Virus record (IMG/VR): IMGVR_UViG_3300020810_001156
Span: 186,001 to 250,000 of that record
Direction: 5' to 3' (one strand)
DNA: 64,000 bases
Position numbers and translations under genes: made by a program. How positions within the stretch are numbered: position 1 is the first letter of the stretch; every line of letters begins with the position of its first letter. Shown here piece after piece: positions 9,594 to 19,859 of the stretch. The notes under the pieces were generated by a model. It did not search any database and was not told where the DNA came from. It was given only the letters and a program-made list of their open reading frames with translations.

Positions 9594-10057
9594 TGAATTA
9601 CAGTTCACAATATAGACAGTATTTAGATTATGGCAATCGTGTATCTAAATCCAGTATACAGCCATATGGAATTTACAAAATTTCAACCTATAAGTATGTT
9701 GATGAAGGTAGACAGAGTCTAAAGGGTGAGTATGAAACTTTGATATTCGTTACGGGTATTTTTCAAAAGAAAGTTTCGGCACTGAAACTATCAAATATAC
9801 AACCACTTAAATTTTTAAATTGGTTTAAACGAATAGCTAATAATAAATACAATGAATCCGATTCTCAATATATTGGTTTATATGAAATAGAAACTCCAAT
9901 GGATATTGGTGGTAATCGTATTTATGATTCATACATCAGAAACAATAAAGATTTTGTAGCAAAAGGAGCAGCTTATAGAACTTATAAGTTAGAGGGTATT
10001 CAATACGCTACTGAAGTATTTTTAAAGAAAAACATATTAGAAAGATATTATGGTTAA
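9593..10057 (+). CDS. Hypothetical protein
   Basis: 154-aa ORF coupled to both neighbours. Confidence 0.6.
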   Translation: MNYSSQYRQYLDYGNRVSKSSIQPYGIYKISTYKYVDEGRQSLKGEYETLIFVTGIFQKKVSALKLSNIQPLKFLNWFKRIANNKYNESDSQYIGLYEIETPMDIGGNRIYDSYIRNNKDFVAKGAAYRTYKLEGIQYATEVFLKKNILERYYG

Positions 10058-10679
10058 TGTTACATATGCAATTACAGTTTGTAATGAGATAAATGAAATT
10101 ACAAAATTAATAAACTTTCTTCACCCAAGAATCCAATCAGATGATGAGATTTTGATTCAGTATGATGAAGATGGTGTTACTGATGATGTTATGGGTTATC
10201 TGAGAATCATAAATGATTTGCATGATAATGTAAATGTGATTGGATTCCCTCTAAATAAAGATTTTGCATCTTACAAAAACAATCTAAAGAATCATGCTAA
10301 AGGTATTTTCATCTTCCAAATCGATGCTGATGAATTACCAAATGAATATTTGATTACAAATATGCATGATTTATTAAATGCAAATTTAGATATCGATTTA
10401 TTCTTCGTTCCAAGAGTAAACACAGTTGAAGGATTGACACCAGAACATATCCAAAAATGGAGATGGAATGTAAATGAAAAAGGATGGGTGAATTGGCCTG
10501 ATGTACAAACTCGTTTATATAGAAGAACTTCTGAAATTGAGTGGGTTGGTAAAGTACATGAAAGAATCAAAGGTTATAATACAATGACTTATTTACCATT
10601 AGAAGAAGATTTCTCATTGTATCATCCAAAGGATATAGAAAGACAAGAAAAACAAAACGCATTATACGAAACTATATGA
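10050..10679 (+). CDS. Glycosyltransferase family 2
   Basis: ITVCNE, IDADE, PD.Q.RLY and W.GKVHE. Confidence 0.9.
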   Translation: MVNVTYAITVCNEINEITKLINFLHPRIQSDDEILIQYDEDGVTDDVMGYLRIINDLHDNVNVIGFPLNKDFASYKNNLKNHAKGIFIFQIDADELPNEYLITNMHDLLNANLDIDLFFVPRVNTVEGLTPEHIQKWRWNVNEKGWVNWPDVQTRLYRRTSEIEWVGKVHERIKGYNTMTYLPLEEDFSLYHPKDIERQEKQNALYETI

Positions 10680-11656
10680 AAGTAGCTTTTCTAACGGAAA
10701 TGGGATTTGAGGGAACTATTCCCAATGAACATCCAAACGCTAGAACTGAGTTTGCTTGGATGAACGCTTTAGATGCGGTTCATTACCCATTAACAAAATA
10801 CCAATCGGTAAGTGGATATGATGTTGTGTTTATCATCTTCCCAAAAGGTAAACTATTTTTATCAGCAGAGGGTTCTAAAATAGGAGAAGGATTCAATCCA
10901 GCTTCTCAATATCTAAATGAACCAATAGTAGATACTTTAAAGAGTGTAAACAAAAAAGTATATTATATTCAAGAAGGACCTCATTGGTGGTGGAATGATT
11001 ATGAGATTGTAGACCAAATTCAGTTCTATAATTTTTTAACAAAAACCGATGGTATCTTTGCACACAATGAATCCGATGTAAATTACTATAAAGGATTGTT
11101 ACCAAATAAAAAAATAAAAGTGATTAGAACCTTAATGATTGAAGATTTGATTAAAAACATAAAATCACAATCTGAAGATAAGGTGTTGATTGGTGGTAAC
11201 TTTGCAAGGTGGTATGGTGGATTCGAATCCTATATGGTAGCAACCGAATTTGGTGTTCCTATTTGGGGACAAGAATCTCATGCTAAGCGAAGTAACGAAG
11301 GAGCAATGGAAGATTTGAATCACTTTGATAGAATGGTTTGGATTGATTGGATGAAAGAAGTATCTAAGTTCAAATATGGGGTTCATCTAATGCCAACTGT
11401 AGCAGCTGGTACATTCTCACTTAATTGTGCATACTTTGGAATACCTGTAATTGGTAACATCAAAGTAGATACTCAAAAAACACTACATCCACTAACTTCA
11501 GTTGAAGTTGATGATGTGAAAGGTGCTAGAGAATTAGCTCAGAAATTAAGAGATGATAAAGATTTCTACAATCAATGTAGTAAGTTGGCTAGACAACAAT
11601 ATCAAAGTTATTACACCAAAGAAATTTGGTTAAATTATATGAAAGAAAGAATATGA
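10676..11656 (+). CDS. Putative glycosyltransferase (GT-B-like)
   Basis: C-terminal AAGTFSLNCAYFGIPVIG resembles a GT-B donor-binding segment; cluster context. Confidence 0.6.
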   Translation: MKVAFLTEMGFEGTIPNEHPNARTEFAWMNALDAVHYPLTKYQSVSGYDVVFIIFPKGKLFLSAEGSKIGEGFNPASQYLNEPIVDTLKSVNKKVYYIQEGPHWWWNDYEIVDQIQFYNFLTKTDGIFAHNESDVNYYKGLLPNKKIKVIRTLMIEDLIKNIKSQSEDKVLIGGNFARWYGGFESYMVATEFGVPIWGQESHAKRSNEGAMEDLNHFDRMVWIDWMKEVSKFKYGVHLMPTVAAGTFSLNCAYFGIPVIGNIKVDTQKTLHPLTSVEVDDVKGARELAQKLRDDKDFYNQCSKLARQQYQSYYTKEIWLNYMKERI

Positions 11657-12423
11657 TTACAGCAGTACTAAATGGTTACAAACGAGGAGATAACCTCAAC
11701 GAACAATTGGAAGCGTTAAAAAATCAAACCTTACCACCTGATGAGATTTTATTATGGTACAATAATCCAGGTGATAATGATTTATTAAATTATGATATTG
11801 GTGGTGAAATACCAGTAGCTTATTGTAATTACAACTTTGGGGTTTGGGCAAGATTCTACTTTGCTATGAACGCTAGAAATCCATATGTAGTGGTATTTGA
11901 TGATGATACAATTCCGGGTAAAAAGTGGTTAGAAAATTGTATGAACACAATGAATGAAAGGGAGGGTTTATTAGGTACTGTTGGATTACTTTATCCAAAT
12001 CCTCTCCCACCACAAAATTCTTCTTATTATGAACACTACCTCAGATTTGGCTGGCCAGAATTAGGTAACAATGATAGAACTGTTCAAGTTGATTTAGTTG
12101 GACATAGTTGGTTCTTCAAAAAAGAATGGTTATCTCATATGGTAAGAGAATTGCCTGACCCAAAATACAATACTTGCGGTGAGGATATGCACTTCTCTTA
12201 TATGTTACAAAAGTACGCTAATATTCCTACATTTGTACCACCACACCCTCGTTCAGATATGGAACTTTGGGGAAGTATTAAGGGTGGTGAGTATGGTGGA
12301 GATGTTAACTCTCTTTGGGAATCAAATCAAGTAAATGTAGAAGGTACACCATTCAAACAATTGATGAATCAATATTTTCACGAACAAAGAAATAAAGGCT
12401 GGAAATTAGTAAATGAAAAATAA
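11653..12423 (+). CDS. Glycosyltransferase, GT-A fold
   Basis: GYKR..L..Q, FDDD (DxD) and CGEDMHFS. Confidence 0.75.
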   Translation: MITAVLNGYKRGDNLNEQLEALKNQTLPPDEILLWYNNPGDNDLLNYDIGGEIPVAYCNYNFGVWARFYFAMNARNPYVVVFDDDTIPGKKWLENCMNTMNEREGLLGTVGLLYPNPLPPQNSSYYEHYLRFGWPELGNNDRTVQVDLVGHSWFFKKEWLSHMVRELPDPKYNTCGEDMHFSYMLQKYANIPTFVPPHPRSDMELWGSIKGGEYGGDVNSLWESNQVNVEGTPFKQLMNQYFHEQRNKGWKLVNEK

Positions 12424-13414
12424 ACCAATATTACTCTGCTTTGGGACAAGACCCGAATGGTTGAAAATTAAACCATTGATTAAACTTATGGATAGAAGTG
12501 AATATAAACTTCTATTCACAGGTCAACACCCTGATTTGTTGAAGGATGTGGAAGTTGATTATCAAATCAATATGAGTACAACTAACAATAGATTGGACTC
12601 TATCATTTCAGATTGTATGATTCAATTTCCAAATGGAGATTTTAAAGGTGTATTGGTACAGGGAGACACCGGTTCAGCATTTGGTTGCGCATTAGCCGCA
12701 TTTAATAGACAAATCCGAATCTATTATTTGGAAGCAGGATTAAGGAGTGGTGATTTACAACACCCATATCCTGAAGAAGGTTATAGACAGATGATTGCAA
12801 GAATCGCTGATGTAAACTTTACACCAACTGAATTATCGGCACAAAATCTTAAAGATGAAAAAGTACATGGAAGTATCTACACAGTTGGAAACTCAGTATT
12901 AGATAACTTAGTAGATTTTCCAAAACCTACAATGGAAAATATTATTTTGATTACTTTACATCGTAGAGAAAATCACCATTGGATGGATAAATGGTTTGAG
13001 GAGATTGAAAAACTTGCAGTTGAATATCCACATTATACATTTGTATTACCAATTCACCCAAACCCAAATGTAAAGAAACATAGACACATTTTAAAGAATG
13101 TAACTGTGGTAGAACCAATGGAACATACGCATATGATTAATACTCTAATCAAATCAAACCTAATCATTTCAGATAGTGGTGGTTTGCAAGAAGAGGGTTC
13201 ATTCTTCAATAAGAAAGTAATTGTATGTAGAAAAACAACCGAAAGACCTGAAGGTATAGAAACAGGTCATTTACATTTGTGTGATTCTCCTGAAGATTTG
13301 GGTGAATTATTTGGAAAACTAATAGAAAATCCGTATATTAGTGAAAATTGTCCTTATGGGGATGGATATACTTCACAAGCGGTATTAGAAATATTAAGAA
13401 ATGAAGAACTTTAG
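12413..13414 (+). CDS. wecB: UDP-N-acetylglucosamine 2-epimerase (non-hydrolysing)
   Basis: GTRPE.LK, TGQH, VQGDT, EAGLRS, PEE..R, TLHRREN, SDSGGLQEE, TERPE and PYGDG. Confidence 0.95.
   Translation: MKNKPILLCFGTRPEWLKIKPLIKLMDRSEYKLLFTGQHPDLLKDVEVDYQINMSTTNNRLDSIISDCMIQFPNGDFKGVLVQGDTGSAFGCALAAFNRQIRIYYLEAGLRSGDLQHPYPEEGYRQMIARIADVNFTPTELSAQNLKDEKVHGSIYTVGNSVLDNLVDFPKPTMENIILITLHRRENHHWMDKWFEEIEKLAVEYPHYTFVLPIHPNPNVKKHRHILKNVTVVEPMEHTHMINTLIKSNLIISDSGGLQEEGSFFNKKVIVCRKTTERPEGIETGHLHLCDSPEDLGELFGKLIENPYISENCPYGDGYTSQAVLEILRNEEL
13310..13341 (+). promoter_or_regulatory. Bacteroidota-type promoter inside the wecB 3' end
   Basis: TTTGGA...CGTATATTAG with an exact 20-bp spacer, about 60 nt before the next start codon. 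Confidence 0.55.
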
Positions 13415-14177
13415 AGGAGATTTTGTAAAACTAAAAACCAAATTAGAGAATCAAGAACACTTTGCATTCTCTCGTTATTCTGATGGTGAAATGTATATTC
13501 TACAAAATAAAGAATTGGTGTTGGATAATGGGTTGATTCAAATTGGTGATGAGAAGCAAGGTGGTGTTTATCAACCTGCTGATTTCAAACATTTTGACCC
13601 AAAAGAACATTCGTTTTACCAACAAAAGTTAGTGGAATCACTTCAGTACAAACAACCAAACTATTATAGAGGAATTAGTTGTAGTTGTTGTGTAGGTAAG
13701 GAACAATTTGATTGGCAAGTTGATTTAGCTGGTGGGGATGATGAAACTCTAACTTGGGCAAATCTTTGGGTAAATGGAAACTATCCTTTATTCATTACAC
13801 ACATTCTACCAATCCTTTATAGTAGAGATTGTGTATTCGTTGGACATGAAGATGCAAACTTAGATAGATTACCATTCTTTGTGAAAGATTTTAGAGTAGG
13901 TTACAACGCAATGATTAATGATTATGGAAAAATTGAAGAAATGGCTGAGTGGATTAAAGAAAACAACATTGAAAATCATGTATTCCTTTTCTCAGCATCC
14001 ACATTTACAAACTTGGCAGTATATCAGTTGTTCAGAGAGTTTCCTAATAATACCTATATTGATATTGGAACTTGTCTTACTCCTATGATGGATATGCCAA
14101 CACATAGGGGTTATTTACAAGCCTTTTGGAATTATAGACCTAATCAAGATATTCAAAAAGTATGCATATGGAATTAG
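13401..14177 (+). CDS. Putative GT-D fold glycosyltransferase (DUF1792-like)
   Basis: FSRYSDGE and YIDIG motifs resemble DUF1792 (RFGDGE ... IDIG). Confidence 0.6.
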   Translation: MKNFRGDFVKLKTKLENQEHFAFSRYSDGEMYILQNKELVLDNGLIQIGDEKQGGVYQPADFKHFDPKEHSFYQQKLVESLQYKQPNYYRGISCSCCVGKEQFDWQVDLAGGDDETLTWANLWVNGNYPLFITHILPILYSRDCVFVGHEDANLDRLPFFVKDFRVGYNAMINDYGKIEEMAEWIKENNIENHVFLFSASTFTNLAVYQLFREFPNNTYIDIGTCLTPMMDMPTHRGYLQAFWNYRPNQDIQKVCIWN

Positions 14178-14551
14178 TAGAATGTAGTAAAGAATATTGG
14201 GAATTCGTAAGAGTTCTTAGAAATGATGAAAGAGTTCAAAGTGGATTTATTCACAACAATTTTATCACCGAAGAAATGCAAAAAAAGTATATGAGTGGAA
14301 ACTCACAATACTATCGTATTGCTTTAGTAGATGGAGTGCCCGCTGGTTATGTGGGTGTTATCGAAGATGATATTAGAGTATGCACTGACCCTTTCTTTCA
14401 AGGTAAAGGAGTTGGTAAGTTTATGATAAATGAAATTATGAAAGAATATCCAACTGCATTTGCAAAAGTAAAAATAGATAATGAAGCAAGTTTGAGATTA
14501 TTTAGAAGTTGTGGATTTAAAAAGAAATTTTATATACTAACAAAAGATTAA
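14162..14551 (+). CDS. GNAT N-acetyltransferase (PseH-like)
   Basis: Acetyl-CoA loop FQGKGVG and N.AS..LF...GF; next to an aminotransferase. Confidence 0.85.
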   Translation: MHMELVECSKEYWEFVRVLRNDERVQSGFIHNNFITEEMQKKYMSGNSQYYRIALVDGVPAGYVGVIEDDIRVCTDPFFQGKGVGKFMINEIMKEYPTAFAKVKIDNEASLRLFRSCGFKKKFYILTKD

Positions 14552-14552
14552 G

Positions 14553-15179
14553 ATGAAACATAATCCATATAAAATCGTAAGAATGTTTGAAGAGGAGATT
14601 GCTGAATACACAGGTGCTCCCTATGCTATCTCAGTAGATAGTTGTACAAACGCACTATTTTTGGTTTGTAAGTGGATGGGAGTTAATGAAGTTACCATTC
14701 CATCTAAAACTTACTTATCAGTTCCTCAATCAATCACACACGCTGGTGGTGAGGTTATCTTTGATAAAAGAGCAGAAACAAATCATTGGAACGGAATGTA
14801 TCAATTGAAACCATACCCAATTTGGGATGCAGCTAAAAGATTGACAAGTGGGATGTATGTAGAAGGGCAGTTTATGTGTTTATCTTTCCACATCAAAAAA
14901 CTACTTCCAATTTGGAAAGGTGGTATGATTCTAACCGATAACGCTGAAGCAGCAGATTGGTTTAAGAAAGCAAGATATGAAGGTAGAAGTGAAAAGTACT
15001 ATAAAGATGATGATATCACATTCCACGGATGGAATATGTATATGACACCTCAACAAGCTGCACATGGATTGGCTATGTTCCAAAACTATCCTGAACATAT
15101 GAGTGATTTGGGTGAAGATAACGGATATAGAGATTTAACTGAATTTACGGTATTTAAAAATCATAGAACAATCGAATGA
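14553..15179 (+). CDS. Compact DegT/DnrJ/EryC1/StrS sugar aminotransferase
   Basis: FEEEIAEY.G, SCTNAL, DAA and the PLP-lysine motif SFHIKK...GGMILT. Only 208 aa. Confidence 0.85.
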   Translation: MKHNPYKIVRMFEEEIAEYTGAPYAISVDSCTNALFLVCKWMGVNEVTIPSKTYLSVPQSITHAGGEVIFDKRAETNHWNGMYQLKPYPIWDAAKRLTSGMYVEGQFMCLSFHIKKLLPIWKGGMILTDNAEAADWFKKARYEGRSEKYYKDDDITFHGWNMYMTPQQAAHGLAMFQNYPEHMSDLGEDNGYRDLTEFTVFKNHRTIE

Positions 15180-15796
15180 AAGTAATCATAGGTGGTATGG
15201 GGTTGAGTGGTAGCACTTTGTGTTATAATATATTTAGAGTTTTAAGAGATAACTCTGAATTGAATTATGAAGTCATAAAGATACATGAATATAATCATGC
15301 AGCTACTATGGGAAAAACTATTTTTATGATTAGAGATTTAAGAGATACTGTTGCATCTATGTTAAGGAAAGACCCAGAAAGATGGAATGGTGATGTTGAA
15401 GAAGCATCTAAGTATCAAATGATGTGGTACTATGATACTTGGAAAGATGTAAATAAAGATATTGTTTGGAAATATGAAGAGTATAAATCGAATCCATATG
15501 AACACACTTACTCAGCTATTAGTAAATTGGGATTGAATGTATCATATGATTTAGTAAAACAGGTTATAGATACTTGTGAAAATATAAAAGATATGAATAT
15601 TCCACATCACCAAGATTTTATACAAACTGAAGAAGAAGCTATTTTATGGGAAACCACAAAGATGAGTAAAAAACATATTACCAATGGTGGTAAGATTGGT
15701 GGATATAAAGAATATTTAACCGAAGAGCAAATTAGATTTATTGAAACAAAATATAAATACTTTTTTGAAGAACAAAATTATCAGTTAGATTATTAA
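15176..15796 (+). CDS. Sulfotransferase-domain protein
   Basis: GM.LSGST, RDLRDTVAS, KYEE and G.IGGYKEYLTEEQ. Confidence 0.65.
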   Translation: MKVIIGGMGLSGSTLCYNIFRVLRDNSELNYEVIKIHEYNHAATMGKTIFMIRDLRDTVASMLRKDPERWNGDVEEASKYQMMWYYDTWKDVNKDIVWKYEEYKSNPYEHTYSAISKLGLNVSYDLVKQVIDTCENIKDMNIPHHQDFIQTEEEAILWETTKMSKKHITNGGKIGGYKEYLTEEQIRFIETKYKYFFEEQNYQLDY

Positions 15797-15800
15797 AAAT

Positions 15801-16526
15801 ATGAAAGTAGCACTTTGTTTACATGGCTTATTTGATTCTTTGACAGATGAAAATTCAAAGGGATTGGATGGTTATAATCATATCAAAAAAAATATTTTGG
15901 ATGTGGTTGATACCGATGTATTTGTACACAGTTGGGAAATTGAAAAAATGGATGAGATTACTAAATTATATAATCCAAAATCTTCCATATTTGAAGGACA
16001 GAAAGATTTTACTAATATAATAAACAAAAACAAATTAAACACATTATCAGCTCCACCAAGACCACCATTTAGTGTTTTATCTCATCTTTATAGTGTAACT
16101 GAATCTATGAAGTTGGCATTTAATAGTGAGGTTGAATATGATATTATCATTAAGGCAAGATTTGATTTAGGAAGAATTAATAGAAGAACATCTGGGCCGG
16201 GTAGAGGTAATCCATATCCAGTTCAATGTATCAATTTTCAAACTGATATTGAAAAAGATAAGATTTATATGGCGAATTGGCAACACTTTCATATGGGACC
16301 TGCTGATATGTGGTTTTATGGTTCATCAAAAGTAATGAATCCTTTCACAACTTTATACAAATCGGTAGAAAAAAATATGAAGTTAGGTGGTGAGTTTCAT
16401 CAATTCGCTACATCAATAGAAGGTAATCCAAATGATTTATCGAATGCTATTGCATTTTATAAATGGTGGATGATAGGAAATGGATTATGGAATAAAAAAA
16501 TAAAATTAGATACAATATGGGAATAA
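15801..16526 (+). CDS. Putative glycan transferase (WavE-related family)
   Basis: KVALCLHG, DVFVHSWE, YDIIIKARFD and DMWFYG. Confidence 0.55.
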   Translation: MKVALCLHGLFDSLTDENSKGLDGYNHIKKNILDVVDTDVFVHSWEIEKMDEITKLYNPKSSIFEGQKDFTNIINKNKLNTLSAPPRPPFSVLSHLYSVTESMKLAFNSEVEYDIIIKARFDLGRINRRTSGPGRGNPYPVQCINFQTDIEKDKIYMANWQHFHMGPADMWFYGSSKVMNPFTTLYKSVEKNMKLGGEFHQFATSIEGNPNDLSNAIAFYKWWMIGNGLWNKKIKLDTIWE

Positions 16527-17215
16527 ACGTACCTTTAATAATTTATACACATTCGGATTATAAAGATGTGTGGAAACTTTTATTTGGTCAGTTAAAAAAA
16601 TACTTACCAAATCAAAAAGTATATGTTTTAAGTGATTCTAATGCAGAAGAAATACCATCGAATTATACTACAATAGTTTACGATGATTCTAAAGTTTATA
16701 CTGATAGATTAAAACAATGTCTTTCTCAGATTAATGAAGATGTGGTTCTATTTCAGCATGAGGATATGGTTCTTTTTAATGAACCTAAATTTGAATTGTT
16801 TGATAAGTACATAGATTATGTTAAAAATGAGATGGTTGATAGTGTTAAGTTGATTTATGTCCAAGAAAACGATGTGGTATCTGAATTAGATTCTACATTA
16901 ATTTCTAATTCATATTCTAAATTTTCTATTCAACCTACTTTGATAAAATTAAAAAATTTCGTATCTTTGTTAGATTCAACCGAACCTTTAAATATTTGGG
17001 ATTTTGAATTAGCAGTTCCTGCTGAAGGAAAACACTATATGGTAAGATTGGGTGATGAGAAAAAACGAGGATTATATCACTCTGATAGTATCATATATCC
17101 TTACATAGCAACTGCTATTACAAAAGGAAAGTGGAACTATGGTGAATATTCATTTGAATTCGATAAATTATTTAATGAATATGGTATTATACCATTTGAA
17201 AGAGGAATTTCATAA
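16517..17215 (+). CDS. Hypothetical protein, possibly GT-A-like
   Basis: HED, IWDFE and AITKGKW motifs; cluster context. Confidence 0.45.
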   Translation: MGINVPLIIYTHSDYKDVWKLLFGQLKKYLPNQKVYVLSDSNAEEIPSNYTTIVYDDSKVYTDRLKQCLSQINEDVVLFQHEDMVLFNEPKFELFDKYIDYVKNEMVDSVKLIYVQENDVVSELDSTLISNSYSKFSIQPTLIKLKNFVSLLDSTEPLNIWDFELAVPAEGKHYMVRLGDEKKRGLYHSDSIIYPYIATAITKGKWNYGEYSFEFDKLFNEYGIIPFERGIS

Positions 17216-17823
17216 TGAATAAAATAAAATTTGATATTGGTGCTAATAGTGGAAGTGATACTAGAAGAATGGCTTCGGATGGTTCTATTGTTTACGCATT
17301 TGAACCAACACATGAATTATTAATGAATCATCTCTGGCCACTTTCTAATCAGAATCCAAATATAAAAGTTATACCATTTGCGGTTGATGTTAAAAACTCA
17401 TTCCAAACATTCAATATTTCTGCAAATAGAGATTGGGGTTGTAGTAGTTTATATGAGTTTTCCGATGATATAGAGAAGAAATGGCCAAACAGACCCGATT
17501 TCAAAAAAACTCATTCTTATGAAGTTCCTACAATAACTTTATATGATTTTTGTAATTTGTATAACATAGATAGGATTGATATGTTACACATAGATGCACA
17601 GGGTAATGATTTTAATGTTCTATTGAGTTTAAAAGACAAAATATCAATAGTTAAAGAAGGGGTGGTTGAAGCATCTGATAAAGTTGATTTATACAGTGGA
17701 GCTACCAATAGAATAGAATACATAAGATATTTTTTAATATCGAATGGATTTAAGATTGTAAAAGAAACACCTAACGATGTTGTAGGTGCCGAAGTTAATA
17801 TAAGGTTTATAAAAAATGATTAA
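17215..17823 (+). CDS. FkbM family methyltransferase
   Basis: FDIGANSG, YAFEP, SSL and LHIDAQG.D..VL. Confidence 0.9.
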   Translation: MNKIKFDIGANSGSDTRRMASDGSIVYAFEPTHELLMNHLWPLSNQNPNIKVIPFAVDVKNSFQTFNISANRDWGCSSLYEFSDDIEKKWPNRPDFKKTHSYEVPTITLYDFCNLYNIDRIDMLHIDAQGNDFNVLLSLKDKISIVKEGVVEASDKVDLYSGATNRIEYIRYFLISNGFKIVKETPNDVVGAEVNIRFIKND

Positions 17824-19180
17824 GTTAGTTATATTTGATTTGGATGGTGTTCTTGTTGAAGCAAAAAACATCCACTATGATGCACTCAATGAAGCTTTGG
17901 GTGAACAATACGCAATTAGTTGGGCTGAACACCTATCAACTTACGATGGATTAAAAACCAATCAAAAGTTGGAGATGTTGAGTGAGATAAAAGGATTACC
18001 AACCGAACTACACAAAGAGATTTGGGAAGGTAAACAAAAATTGACATTACAAAAGTTGAAAGAGTTAAAACCAAACCAAACTCTACAATCGGTAATGAAC
18101 GCATTGGTTGAGGATGGATACAAAATAGCAGTTTGTTCCAATTCAATCAGAAAGACAGTTTTGACTGTACTTTCAAAGTTGGGTATTATGGAGTTTATGG
18201 ATTACATCATCTCAAACGAAGATGTACAAAACTCTAAACCACACCCTGAGATGTATTGGAGAGCAATCTCAAAGATGGGATGTTTACCATCTGAAACTCT
18301 AATCGTAGAGGATTCACCTTATGGGTTACTTGCAGCATCTCGTTCTAACGCTCATGTGTTGAGAGTTAGAAATCCACAAGAAGTAACCTACACAAACATA
18401 TTTAAAAAATTAACTGAAATAGAAATGGGACAAACAAATGATAAACCAAAATGGGTGGATAATAAGTTAAATGTATTAATTCCAATGGCTGGAGCTGGTA
18501 GTAGATTCCAACAAGCAGGATACACATTTCCAAAACCACTAATTGATGTGGAAGGTAAACCTATGATTCAGGTCGTGGTAGAAAATCTAAACATCGAAGC
18601 AAATTATATCTATGTAGTTCAGAAATCACATAGGGAGAAATTCAATTTGGATACCTTACTTAATCTTATTACTCCTAATTGTAAGATTGTAGAAGTAGAT
18701 GGTATTACCGAAGGAGCAGCTTGTACTGCACTTTTGGCTAAAGAACATATTGATAACGATAATCCATTATTCTTCGCTAACTCAGACCAATTTGTAGAAT
18801 GGGATTCAAATGAGTTCTTCTACAAAATGAATGAGAACGATGCTGATGGTGGTATCCCAACATTCAAAGCAACTCACCCAAAGTGGTCATTTGCTAAGTT
18901 GGATGAAGATGGTTTTGTGACCGAAGTGCAAGAGAAAAACCCAATCTCAGATTTAGCAACAGTGGGTTTCTATTATTGGAAACATGGTTCTGATTTTGTG
19001 AAATACGCTGAAGAAATGATTGAGCAGGATATTAGAGTAAACAATGAATTCTATGTTTGTCCTGTTTACAACAACGCAATTAAAGGTGGATTAAAGGTGA
19101 GAACATTTGATGTACCAAAGATGTGGGGACTTGGAACACCTGAAGATTTGAATAGATACTTAGAGAATTATGGTAAGTAG
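17816..19180 (+). CDS. HAD phosphatase fused to a nucleotidyltransferase
   Basis: N-terminal DLDGVL, KPHP and VEDS; C-terminal IPMAGAGSRF..PKPLI and GLGTPEDL. Confidence 0.9.
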   Translation: MIKLVIFDLDGVLVEAKNIHYDALNEALGEQYAISWAEHLSTYDGLKTNQKLEMLSEIKGLPTELHKEIWEGKQKLTLQKLKELKPNQTLQSVMNALVEDGYKIAVCSNSIRKTVLTVLSKLGIMEFMDYIISNEDVQNSKPHPEMYWRAISKMGCLPSETLIVEDSPYGLLAASRSNAHVLRVRNPQEVTYTNIFKKLTEIEMGQTNDKPKWVDNKLNVLIPMAGAGSRFQQAGYTFPKPLIDVEGKPMIQVVVENLNIEANYIYVVQKSHREKFNLDTLLNLITPNCKIVEVDGITEGAACTALLAKEHIDNDNPLFFANSDQFVEWDSNEFFYKMNENDADGGIPTFKATHPKWSFAKLDEDGFVTEVQEKNPISDLATVGFYYWKHGSDFVKYAEEMIEQDIRVNNEFYVCPVYNNAIKGGLKVRTFDVPKMWGLGTPEDLNRYLENYGK

Positions 19181-19859
19181 TGATAACAAATATACCAAAA
19201 TGCAAAAGGGTGCGTATAGAAGTGGAACTTCTAACCATCCTGAGCATAATGGTAATCCCGATTATTGGAATATTCTTTTAGGTGATTTAAAAGATAGAGA
19301 TAGTTGGGTAAATAAAGTTGGTTTAGATTTTGCTTGTGGTAAGGGTAGAAATGTAACAAATATGTTATCTTTATCCGATTGGAAACGAATTGATGGTATT
19401 GATATCTCAGAAGCTAACATTGTTTATTGTAAGGAAAATTATAAAGGACAAGATAGTGATTGGTATGTAAATAATGGAGTTGATGTATCTCAATTGAAAA
19501 ATAACGAATATGATTTCATCATGTCAACCATCGCACTACAACATATTCCAGTATATGATATCAGAAAATCACTAATAACCGATTTACTTAGAACTTTGAA
19601 ACCAGGTGGAATATTTTCATTCCAAATGGGATATGGTCAGGAAATAAAACCAAATGAAAATAGATATCCATACCACACAAACCATTATGATGCTGGTGGA
19701 ACTAATTCACATTCTGATGTGAGGGTACAAAGTGAATCTGAAATTATAGAAGATTTAACAAACATTGGATTTATCAATATAGAAACATATGTGAGAGATA
19801 CATTCTCAGATAATGGACATCCTCAATGGATATATGTAAAAGCTTATAAACCAGAATAA
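19170..19859 (+). CDS. Class I SAM-dependent methyltransferase
   Basis: LDFACGKG, GIDIS, ALQHI and LKPGG. Confidence 0.9.
   Translation: MVSSDNKYTKMQKGAYRSGTSNHPEHNGNPDYWNILLGDLKDRDSWVNKVGLDFACGKGRNVTNMLSLSDWKRIDGIDISEANIVYCKENYKGQDSDWYVNNGVDVSQLKNNEYDFIMSTIALQHIPVYDIRKSLITDLLRTLKPGGIFSFQMGYGQEIKPNENRYPYHTNHYDAGGTNSHSDVRVQSESEIIEDLTNIGFINIETYVRDTFSDNGHPQWIYVKAYKPE

Noticed and set aside
9593-10057. T4 gp2-like DNA end protector
   Set aside because: Only a vague resemblance; diagnostic motifs are not recognisable without a profile search.
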